From Antedon mediterranea (Eukaryota > Animalia > Echinodermata): a DNA stretch of 64,000 nt. The stretch is taken from contig NC_092670.1 of NCBI RefSeq assembly GCF_964355755.1, forward strand, positions 2,656,201 through 2,720,200. Direction: 5' to 3'. Below, piece by piece: positions 12,601 through 24,600 of this stretch. Every line of letters starts with the position of its first letter. Position 1 is the stretch's first letter. Below the pieces are notes generated by a model. That model saw only the letters and a list, made by a program, of their open reading frames with translations, was not told the DNA's origin and ran no database searches. The position numbers and the translations under genes are program-made.

Positions 12601-15600
12601 AATAAATTAAATTGTCAATGCCTAAACAATATTGAAAATGACACCAATCCTTTTGAACAGAACATACTTTCTTGAGGACTATCTTCCCGGATTGATTGTC
12701 TACCTGTAAAGAAAGTAGATTGGTACAGTAGTTACAATATCAGTTTGATAAAAGAAATACAAGTTTTATATTATTCATTGCCTTATTAAAGTAGATATTG
12801 TTGATATTGAATACAAAACATACTTTCTAGAGGACCTGGTGGGCTAACGTCTTGTTTACCTGTAAATAAATGGTTTAATATTATAGTTGAAATGTCAGTA
12901 GTGTTATATCAGTAGTAGCAGGTACATGTATTTGCTGTAACTACATTTATTTATACACAGTTGTAGGATGCAGTAAAAGTATTTCTGCATTATGGTAGTG
13001 GATTACTGACTGATTACTTTTTTAATTTTTTATAATTGGACTACTGTACAAGGAATCATAGATAGAAACAAATTGTACAATTGTAAAATGAATTCATTGA
13101 ACCAGGGTCATCATCTCTAAATCACATGTGCCTCAATTGCCAAAATTTCAGTTCATAATTCGCATTAGTTAACACTGTTTAAATATGTGACACGTCCACC
13201 TCAATTTTTGGTTGTGAAAATATTTTAGTGTTTTCATCAAGCAATTAATAAATATCTGACAAGGCTGAAAGTTGCTGTCCAAGCTACTGCAAGTTTCCAA
13301 TCCATATTGTAGCCTTCAGTATAGGCTATCCTAAACTGGAAAATCATCATCAAATGCTTTCTGGTAAAATTGTGAGATTTTGACCCATCATTATGATTGT
13401 TGGACAGGTCTCCATGAGACTATACTTTTTTCTGAGTAAATATTGCATAATATCTATAAACAAGTAAAGTTTGCATATCTCAACTCTATTGACTCAACTC
13501 AACTCAATCCAAGTTTTTTTGGATGGGGAAAGGGGGGCTACTTGACAATGCAATAAAATAAGAAAAATGTTTTTACCTTGTTTTTATTGAAGGATATTCA
13601 AACTTTATTTAAATTTTCATTAAACCAATTGAGGTACATTCAATTTTTAGCAAAATCAGAGATGATGGTGACCCTGGACATTTCTGTTAAATTGGTTGCT
13701 TTGTCATGGAATGACATAATATAGAACCACAGTTGTTTTTAATCTCATTGAATCCCATACAACACATGTAACATACCCAAGCCTGAACTTCTTGATTGTT
13801 GAAGATCCCCTGCAAAAAAAAACTTTTATCTTTGAATTTCATACACAAATTGAACATTACTACTGCCAATTACTGAAGGTGTTATTGTTGAAAACACATT
13901 TTTAATAATATTTAGGGTGTGTGATCATACCAAACTTAATTGTTGTTGTTTTCAACAGTAGTTTTTAAGCTTCAAAGAATTGCTATCCACTCAGACACTT
14001 CAACTAAGAGCTTATTAGTAAAGATATCAGGGTCTTTGTAGTTAGTTTCCAATATTTTTTAGAAGTTCAAATAATGCAAGAAAGAATAATGAAAGAAAGA
14101 AATGACAACTATTGTACTTTTAGAGATCAAGATGGAGAGTAACTTTTATTCATGAAGCATTCTGGGAACTAAGAATTATGAAGTCATACAAATATTTTAG
14201 ATACAGATATGTGATAACACGTATATATATACCCTAATAATTTACTTTATTATTGCTGTTATCACTTTTAGTTTAATACAGTACTTACATACAAATGGTA
14301 ACTCATGTCTTTCATTTGGTTTTTGTAGTGTTAGTATCTTTGTACTAAATTCTTGTTTCTTTTTTTTCTTGTTCTTTCTTGTTACAATAAACATACTCCA
14401 ACTTTCAACTTTCCATATTTCATTAGCAGTTATAGTCTGTAAAACAATTTACATCTTGTTTAGATAATTACTCATGGTATAGAACGTTGGTACAATATGC
14501 TACTAATTTTTCCACTTAATGTGTACTGATTAAGATATTTTATAGTTAATTGGCTATTAAAATACATTTAGACAAACCAAAAATATGGATATTCCAGAAT
14601 ATTGCACACATTGTCTGTGACCAGCACACAATATGAATCTGCTTTATTTCTCTATCCACAATAATTTTTACTAAAAATTAAAAATAGCAAGTGTTTGCTT
14701 CACGTTTTTACTTGGGGTCATGTTGAATGCACAAAACGAGGTATTTTTCAGTGGTTACCTAACACATTTAATAGTGTGCTTGTTACTTGTTTGGATATTG
14801 ATTTATTTTATGATAGTTTAAATGTATTTAAGTCCGATCTTTGTTTATGTTGTTGTTGCATATTTGAATGTATTATTACCTCCGCCAAGGAGGTTATGTT
14901 TTCACCCCTGTATGTTTGTGTGTGTGTCTGTGAACAGCCTGGAGGCCACAGTTTTTATCCGATTCTCACCAAATTTATCAACAATGATCTATGCCTCAAA
15001 AGCTCGGACGAGTTCGAATTTGAGGGGAAAAGGTCATAGGTCACAACTAACAAAAAAACTATTTTACTGCCTAGAGATGACAGTTTTTATCCGATTCTCA
15101 CCAAACTTAGCCACAATGATCAATGACACATCATATAATTGTGGTTAAATTTTGAAGGGTCAGGGTCAAAGATCAAGGTCCACAAAAAACTAAAAAAAAA
15201 GAAATAAAAAAATAATAAAAAAAAAAACCTCAGTGGGAACTGAGAGGCTGGATACATAACCATTACCATTTCCTCACTGAGGACAAATATTAATACAAAA
15301 TACAAAAATTACACCACACTGTCATCCACAACTTTGTAGTGTGCAGTTAACATATTTACACTTAGAACTAATAAAAAAATATGTAAAAAAAAAATATTCA
15401 GGGGGCATTTTATGTAGGGGAATTTTACAGTAGGCGGAGGTTTGTACTCTCGGAGTACCCTCTAGTTATAGTTTATTATGTTTAGATTCAACCTGTTAGT
15501 GGCGGTTTCATCGCTGTTGGTTGTCAACTGAATAAAATAAAATAAAATAAATTTTAATTTCTGAAATTCAGTAAACAGCTTGCATACATCATAAATTTAA

Positions 15601-18600
15601 AATTTGACCCTGTAGAATTTTATTCAAATATTTTGATTGATGACGATGAATGGAATGTTCCAAAGGATCCTCAGGATATTCCGAAATAAATCATTGAATA
15701 AAACCAGTACTGTATGCAAAAACATTTTGGGGTTATAATGAACTATTTTAGAATCTGTGTACTTTGTAAAAAAAATGTTGCTCAACAGCTTTAACCAAGT
15801 ATTTGGGGTTTTCAGGGAATTTTTTAGTGTCGGAATTGATGAACGAAGATTCCTCGAACCGTTCGATTATGATAGCCTAAGATTAAACTCTAGGCCATAG
15901 GCTATAGGTATTTTTTTCACTGGTTAAGAGTATTTCCTCATTGGTACCTCCTCCTTCCTCTTCCTATTATTTTTATACTCTATAATTTATCCTAATAATT
16001 TAACATTTATTGAATTAATCAAATTGTTTCATTCATAGATTTTAATATTTTATTTATTAATCTATGACTTTGCACTTATTTGTATAATCATACCTGTGTT
16101 GGAGGCTTCACATCCCAATCTTCTTTGTTTTCTACTTCAATGTCCATATCAGTGTGCAACAAATCTATATATTTGGGAATTTGTATAGGTATTTCCCCAA
16201 ATAAGTGACTCTCTCTGAATACCTCCTGAAAGTAATGTATAGAAGGAAATCTAGATATAGTCCGGAAGACAAGTGAGACTTTAGTAGATGCAACCCTGGG
16301 GAGTTTGAAGGGTGGAAATCACTTTTCCAAGCTATAGAGACCATGCCAGGCTGCAGGCAGATTTCATCTACATCATCTAATTTTTTTGGATGCCACTTGC
16401 AGTATTTTTTTTTCAATTTGTGCCCTTCTGGAAGAAGAGAGAGCCTCTAACAATGCTGGCTATATGCTTTTATTGTAGGATAGTCAACTTACATTTAAAA
16501 GTAGATACATTTTTTTTAAAGTATAGTAGGTTTGACATTGATTTTCATGACTGAAGCAAATACTCTATTCATTGGGTGGTGACATATTATACAAATTTTC
16601 AATTTTATTACGTATTGAATTACAATCAAAATAATATACAGTGTGACTTTTACAATAAACAAACAATAAATTACCTTTTCTCTATCAGTGTCCCAAGTTC
16701 TTACTCGAAGTTGATACTTGTTAATCAATACCTTTCCAAACACACCTAACCTTGCTGTTTTTTTACAAGGACCTCTATTTGTTATTGTAGGCCTACCAGT
16801 AAGACCATATTTAGAAAAATGTTTTGAATGTACACAACACTGTCCATTGTTTAAAGAAAAGGTTATGTCATCATCTTCATTACTGTCCAGTTTTATTCTT
16901 CTCCATTCACCTTGACACGTTGTAACAAGTAAAGTGAATTCCCAACACTCTTCATCTACAGCATTATGTGGAAATGACAGCAAGCAGTGGTTTTTAAAGA
17001 CTGTGCCTGGTGGTCCACATCTAACAACAGGTGAAAGTATTGTTTCAAGAGGATCTGATAACAAATCACTAGGAAAAGAAGTGTTTTCTAGTGATACTTC
17101 AACATTCAATCCTTCTTCAATTGCTCCAGGATTTATCACCAACTTTGTGTCTTTATCCTTAAGATAGAGAGTTTCGCCTTTGGAGTCCACAATTAACTCC
17201 ACAATTTGGTCTGTGGAATCAAAATGCTTTATAAATTTAATATATGTTGTAATTATATGTGGTTTATTAATATTATAATAATAATAATATTAATAATAAT
17301 AATAATTGCCATGTATTTTTTTTGTGTGCTGTCTTCTGTTCTATGATTTAGATGTTAAAATCTCTTAAAGGTGAAGCTTTAAAATTACCACAGTACATTA
17401 CGGAATAACTGTTAAGCAAATACACAAACATGGTAATTACACTTTTGTTATATAATTATTTTTCTTTTTCCTCCTCACCTGGTATATAATTAAAAATGTT
17501 TGTGTTTAACTCATAGTATCTCTAAAATATTTTGGCATTGAAAAGTCCATATTAATATGCTCTCTAAAAGAATAGCTTACAATACCTGGCTCTGATGCAA
17601 AAAATGTAAACGGTTTTTGTTGTTTTTCAGTTGATTTATAGGAAGAACCTATTAAAAAATAAAATAAGAACTATAATCACTAAACAAATTTTATTATCCT
17701 TAATACTACATTTTGGAAAGCTGTCCATAAAGGTCCTTCTTCTAATTTCAGTTTCATAAATTATCAATTTGATATGTTTGTAAAACTAAAATAAGGAGTA
17801 TGCACATATCAAAATTGGGATAGTTTCTCATAATATTTTTTAAAAGATGCTTTCACCTTCATTTTTAACAAATCAACAAAAAATATGTAAAACAATTATT
17901 AATTTTAAAAAACTTTAAAATAATTTTATTTCAATTATAGGAATCATGCGTTATTCTATAAGTAAGGTATACCTGCTAGTTGTATTTCATATCTTTTTTC
18001 AACAATATCTTTCTGAAACATATCAGCAAGATTGTTACTGCCATGTTGAATTAGTGCAATGCAAAATACTTCAAGTTGATTCCATTGGATATCAATATTG
18101 GTTCTCCAAAAATTCATCATTTCTTTGGTAGATGTAATTAGCTCACTTCCAAACTTTGTCACCGTTAATGAGCTAAGACCCAGATGAACACCAAACAATT
18201 TCCAGTTATGAATTTCTTCAGATACTTTTCTAATAATTTGATCATCCACGTACCCTATGATAGAAAAATTAGCTTTGACTTTGAATTATTGGCTATTCCT
18301 AAGTAAATTAACTTTTAAAATTTGCAATCCTTAGATTTTTAATGCCATAAAAAACCTACTAAATCTTACCTTCGTTATGAGATCGTGATGGTATAGCTAT
18401 AAAAATAAATAAATAGATATAAATTTGTCAATCAGTATACATCTTTATAATATTACTAAAAACAATCTCAAAAACTGTATTCCAAATTTTTTTTAAATTC
18501 AACACTATTGGACCATACCAAACTAAAACTACTTACTTTCATCTTGAGATTTTAAAGTTTCTGTAACAGTAAATATATGTAAATTAATCAATAATGCAGG

Positions 18601-21600
18601 GTGAATCCAGTAACGTAAAGGATACTGGTACTAGAGGGTGTAATGTGGTCTGATTCCTGTAAAAGTTGGCTTGTGAGAGATCGGTCACCATTGCATAGAA
18701 TGGAACACCAACTTTTCTGCGTAGAATAGACCTACTGTAGAACCGTTTTTTATTTGACTTGCAGGCCAGTTAGACAGCCTTTTTTTCCCCATTTCGAGTG
18801 GGGTTTGTCTGAAACAACTCAGATCCACCACTGATAATGTCAACACATTGTACTATGGGATACTGCAAAATATCAAAATATATGTGTATAACTTTAAATG
18901 CCTTGCCTTTTGGTAGCACAGCTTCCCCAAACAATTTACGGTAAAGTTTAACTTCCATTTGATTGCTTCCACAAGGCAACACATCCTGGTCAAACTTGCG
19001 AATAAGATGCATATGAGCATTTTGAATGTTTGGACTAGATGCACACGGGATGTACATCCTTACTTCAAGACCTCGGGCATCCTTCTGACTGAATACTTTT
19101 AACTCTTTTTGAAGGAAATGAAGAACCTAAAAAAATCCATGTATATTACTGCAGTATGTAGAAATAACACATTAAAAAAATAAAATTTGTTATGCTAATT
19201 ATTTTGGCAATTTTTTTTAAAATTCTGAACAGAAGTACTTATCACTGTCATATATTTAACTTTATTTATAACAATCATACGAAAGCCCATTAATGCCATT
19301 TTAAGTATATGTTTTTCGAACGTAATCCGTTCTAACGAATTAGTAATTCGTTTGAACGGATTAATAATCTGTTCAAACGAATTAGTAATCCGTTCAAACG
19401 AATTGCAACATATACAACAAGTGCCATTTAAAGTATATGTTGTAATTCGTTTGAACGGATTACTAATCCGTTCAAACAAATTACTAATTTGTTCAAACGG
19501 ATTACTAATTCGTTCAAACGAATTACTAATTTGTTTAAACGGATTAGTAATCCGTTCTAACGAATTACTAATTCGTTTAACGAATTACTAATTCGTTTAA
19601 ACAAATTAATAATTTGTTTAAACGGATTACTAATCTGTTTGAACAAATTAGTAATTCGTTTGAACGAATTAGTAATCCGTTTAAACAAATTATTAATTTG
19701 TTTAAACAAATTACTAATCCGTTTAAACGGATTCCTAATTCGTTTTAACAGATTATTAATCTGTTTAAACAAATTAGTAATTCGTTTGAACAGATTAGTA
19801 ATCCGTTCAAACGAATTACAACATATTCTTTAAATGGCACTTGTTGTATATGTTGCAATTGGTTTGAACAGATTACTAATTCGTTTGAACAGATTACTAA
19901 TCCGTTCAAACGAATTACTAATTTGTTTAAACAGAGTATTAATCTGTTCAAACGAATTAGGAATCCGTCCAAACGGATTAGTAATTTGTTTAAACGGATT
20001 ACTAATCTGTTTAAACGAATTAGTAATCCGTTTAAACAAATTATTAATTTGTTTAAACAAATTAATAATTTGTTTAAACAGATTACTAATTCGTTCAAAC
20101 GGATTACTAATTCGTTCAAACGAATTACTAATTCGTTCAAACAGATTATTAATCCGTTTAAACAAATTATTAATTTGTTTAAACAAATTAGTAATCCGTT
20201 TAAACAAATTAGTAATCCGTTTAAACAAATTATTAATTTGTTTAAACAAATTACTAATTTGTTTAAACAGATTACTAATTCGTTCAAACGAATTACTAAT
20301 TCGTTAGAACGGATTACTAATCAGTTTAAACAAATTATTAATTCGTTTAAACAAATTAGTAATCCGTTTAAACAAATTAGTAATTCGTTTGAACGAATTA
20401 GTAACTCGTTTGAACAAATTAGTAATCCGTTTAAACAAATTAGTAATTCGTTTGAACGGATTAGTAATCCGTTTAAACGAATTACAACTTATACTTTAAA
20501 TGGCACTTGTTGTATATGTTGCAATTCGTTTGAACGGATTACTAATTCGTTTGAACAGATTATTAATCCGTTCAAACGAATTACTAATTCGTTAGAACGG
20601 ATTACTAATCAGTTTAAACAAATTATTAATTCGTTTAAACAAATTAGTAATCCGTTTAAACAAATTAGTAATTCGTTTGAACGAATTAGTAACTCGTTTG
20701 AACAAATTAGTAATCCGTTTAAACAAATTAGTAATTCGTTTGAACGGATTAGTAATCCGTTTAAACGAATTACAACTTATACTTTAAATGGCACTTGTTG
20801 TATATGTTGCAATTCGTTTGAACGGATTACTAATTCGTTTGAACAGATTATTAATCCGTTCAAACGAATTACTAATTCGTTAGAACGGATTACGTTCGAA
20901 AAACATATACTTAAAATGGCATTAATGGGCTTTCGTACAATCATAATAATTTTCCTTTACTGTGAGTATGTACCCTAAGAGTCCCTTTGTGTTGTGCCAA
21001 ACGGCACTCGTTTGTCTGTCCACAATGACAGTGTCTGACTTGTACACCAGGGTGGGGTAACCCCCTACTCTTCTGAAAGATGAACAGGGTTATTTATATT
21101 ACTTGGATCTCCAGTTATAAGTCCTTATCCACAAAGACTTGTTCTCCCACCAGCACTATAGTTGAGGAGTGCATTGAATTTGTTGATTTTATGGCTGTGG
21201 TTTAATTGTTCCTGTATTATCACTTTCATATCTACTAGCCTACCTTCTTACAGACTTCAGGTAGTGGCTTAATGTCGTCTTCTAGAGAACTATCAGCCTT
21301 GATGCTCTTTGTTCTGACTATTGTTGTCTGCAATATAAAATAATGAACCTTGTAGTTTGACACATTGTAAATGGTAGTCTGTCTTGTATTTTTTTTAATG
21401 GATTGATGCTTGTTATTTCATTTGTCGGAGGTAAATAAATTTAACAGATTATAGCAATCCATACAACAGACATGGTCTTGATATATTATATTGTACAGAT
21501 ATATTTAAAATGTTTATGGGGTGAACATAGCCAAGGCAAACCTTTCATTTTTGTTTTTAATGTAGAAAATATGTGATTAAAATTGTTTTAATGAAAGTTA

Positions 21601-24600
21601 TTGGTTATTTTTGCTGTAGAATACTAAATTATAGAGATTAAAATTTAAACACTGATGACATGGCACTGGGCCCTTTAATTCAGCTTTTGCTACTATATAT
21701 CAAGTATAAATTTTAAAAATTTACCTGTAACATACGGCAATGTTTGATGGTAGCCACATATAGAATGACCAGATGTTCAGCATCAATATTCAATTCTACA
21801 TGCTCATACGATAGGCGAGGTTCAACATCTTCCATTTGAAATTTCTCAATGAATTTGGTTGCAGCACGTTGAAAGAGATCATCTGGAAGATAGCTACCAA
21901 AATCATGAAAAAGTGAAATTGCACGCTTGTCTTCAAATTGAGGCTGTGGTGGGGGTTCTGGTTTAAGACGCGAGAGAACGTAGAAAATGTGTTCATCCTT
22001 CTATAAAATGAAAAAGAATATATCTTATAGATTGATAGTTTTGTAAAGAAGATGAATTTAATACTTGAATGCATTCCTGGTTTCAATATCAATACCTTTT
22101 TACTAGCACACATTAAACCAAACTTTTCCATGAGAGACACAAAGAAGTTAAAAGTCTCATCAGAATCACAAAACTCTTTCCACAGATATTTTAACAAACC
22201 AACTTCTAAAATACCAGTGTCCAGTCTTTGCCAAGCTTTCCACATTACTGGCTCCTATTAAAAAATAAATAAATATCAGTGTAGTTTTCAGTTAGTCAAA
22301 TTATTTAGGAATATTTAATAAGGACATTAGTAAGAAGATGTTTTAGTAACTCTGAATATAATTAGGATATTGAGAATATTGATTCTTGTATTACTGTATA
22401 CCTGTATATTTCATTTTACAGTTAGAATATACAGTATAAAAAATTTCACAAAATTGTTATTGTAATGATTGTACACTGTACCTATTTCCTAATAAGTATA
22501 TTTTTTTTTATATTTTCATAAAAATTGTTTAAAAATAAAAATCTTACTTTTCGCTTTTTAGCATGATGCATACTGAATTTATATATATAGATACTAGAAT
22601 AAGAATACATATTGGAGAGAGCAGTGTCAAAATATTTATTTGCTAACCATATTTTCAGGCTCTTTAACAGTAATGAATGTTTTTGACATGTCAACTAGTT
22701 TCATCAAATCTATAACTATTATATCTCTTAGTGCCTCATCATCTGGGTAGTAGAGAATCTCGACAATGTCATGTAAATACTCAAGCAGGAATCGCTGATT
22801 TTCTGTATCTTCACAGTCTTTTAGTAAAATGTGTACCTGTAAGAAAATAGTTTCATAATAAACATTTACAATCTGAAATAACTCTAATGATTTTAATACC
22901 TTATTTTCATCATTTTTGTAATTAATTTCTGGATTGCATTTAACTAAATGTTCATGGAATTGTCATGATTCATCTATTATACAGTATAAGCACTTATTAA
23001 ATGTATAATATCATCAGTATATGACGATGCAACAGTACAGTCAAGTCTATCCAAATACAGATCAAAATGGTAGTTAATTTTTTTTTAAAGCCAAGTAATA
23101 TGAATTGTTTATAAAATACTTTGTTTTCCATATGGCAGTGATCATTTATAAAAATAATAATATTTGAATTTACAGATGCATTTATTGCTTTTTTGCTTTT
23201 CAGTGTGTACCAATTTCTATATTATTATTACATCAGCATATTTTTAAAACGATTATTTTCCTGCTTGTATTTCACCTTAGAAACTTGTAAATAGATGTGC
23301 TCTTTTTTCAAGCTTTGGATTTCCTGCTGTCCTCGCAGCCATTTTATTGGCAAAGTGCGGATCATTTTCTTGGAAAATTCCAGTATATGTTTCATTATGA
23401 CAGAAGCATTGCTCTGTGCAAATGGTACACTGTTTTCAATGGTAAAGATAGTTGAACACACCATAGCCGCATATGGTTTGTCTTTTAGGGCTTGCCATAT
23501 TCTTTTCTTTATTTCTGCAAGCTGTAATAAAGTGAATTATATACATGTTGTCATCAGAGTGTATGATAAACTTTAACAGATTGATTATCTAACATTTACT
23601 AATTTCAAAATATACAAATGAGGCTGTAAAAAGTTTAGTAAAACATTTACGGTGAACATTCTTTTTATCACCAGAACCAATTCTTTAGGACTTTGTAATA
23701 TAGATTCATTTTACCTTGCATTTCTTTTCTTCTTCAGTTCCTTTAAGGCCATTTAAATGTGTACCTATCAGTAATACAGGAGGACAAGGCTGACCATTTA
23801 TCTTTGCATCAGGTCTGCTGTTTGTGTATATGGAACGAATCCAAGAAAGAATAAACTCCAGATTTGTCATTCGATGTGGATATGTTTGACCCTAAATTTA
23901 AAAATATAATAGTAACATCTCAATCACTTGTTATTCATTGGTCAACTATTCTAATGTAGTAATACAGTTTTTTTAGTTTAATCTGCAAATAAACTTTTAC
24001 CACATATCTTTGTGGTAGTAGACAATCACACATTTGAAGCTTAGAAGCAAGTTCACCAGACGTGTCCAAGAGAGGTATTCAAACATTTTTCAAGAAATGA
24101 AATTAATAAAATAGTTTGTTTTATGAATTATATCATTGAGAATTCTTCTTAAAAGCTAATAGTATAAATACAGTATTGTGACCAAATTATAATTTAAAAC
24201 AAACTTATTATGATATTGCTTACAGATGTTGGATCCAAAACCTTAGCTGGGGCATCGAGATCATCACAAAGGTTGAATACTACACAAATAACCGCAAAAG
24301 ATACCATAAAGATCTGGGAGATCAATAAAACAGTGGCATTCAATGAATGGTGAATATTATACAGATTTTGACTGCTTAGAGGTTAAATATAAGATTTAAC
24401 ATCCCCGAGGGAATGATATTTTGTTCGAGGGAATATTTATATTTCCTGAAGCGCTAGGTGAGAGAAATATATCATTCATAATAATCATTCCCTCGGTGTT
24501 GTCAAATCTGATATTTTACCGATATATAAAAGGCAATATCTGTTATATTAAATAGCCAACAACAAGTTGAATATTTACTGCTGGGTCGGGTGTAGCTAGG

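Noticed and set aside
15493-15527. Candidate micro-exon
   Set aside because: 35 nt breaks the frame and the donor is weak.
16165-16446. 83 aa ORF as the exon after ZU5
   Set aside because: Runs into a stop; the acceptor before 16225 in another frame gives a UPA-like exon with a proper donor.
17479-17521. Candidate micro-exon with a GTGAG donor
   Set aside because: Both candidate acceptors introduce in-frame stops.
19195-20978. Long ORFs on both strands with heptad-like repeats (up to 351 aa)
   Set aside because: By-product of a stop-poor 21 bp minisatellite inside a TIR element; not LRR or coiled-coil genes.
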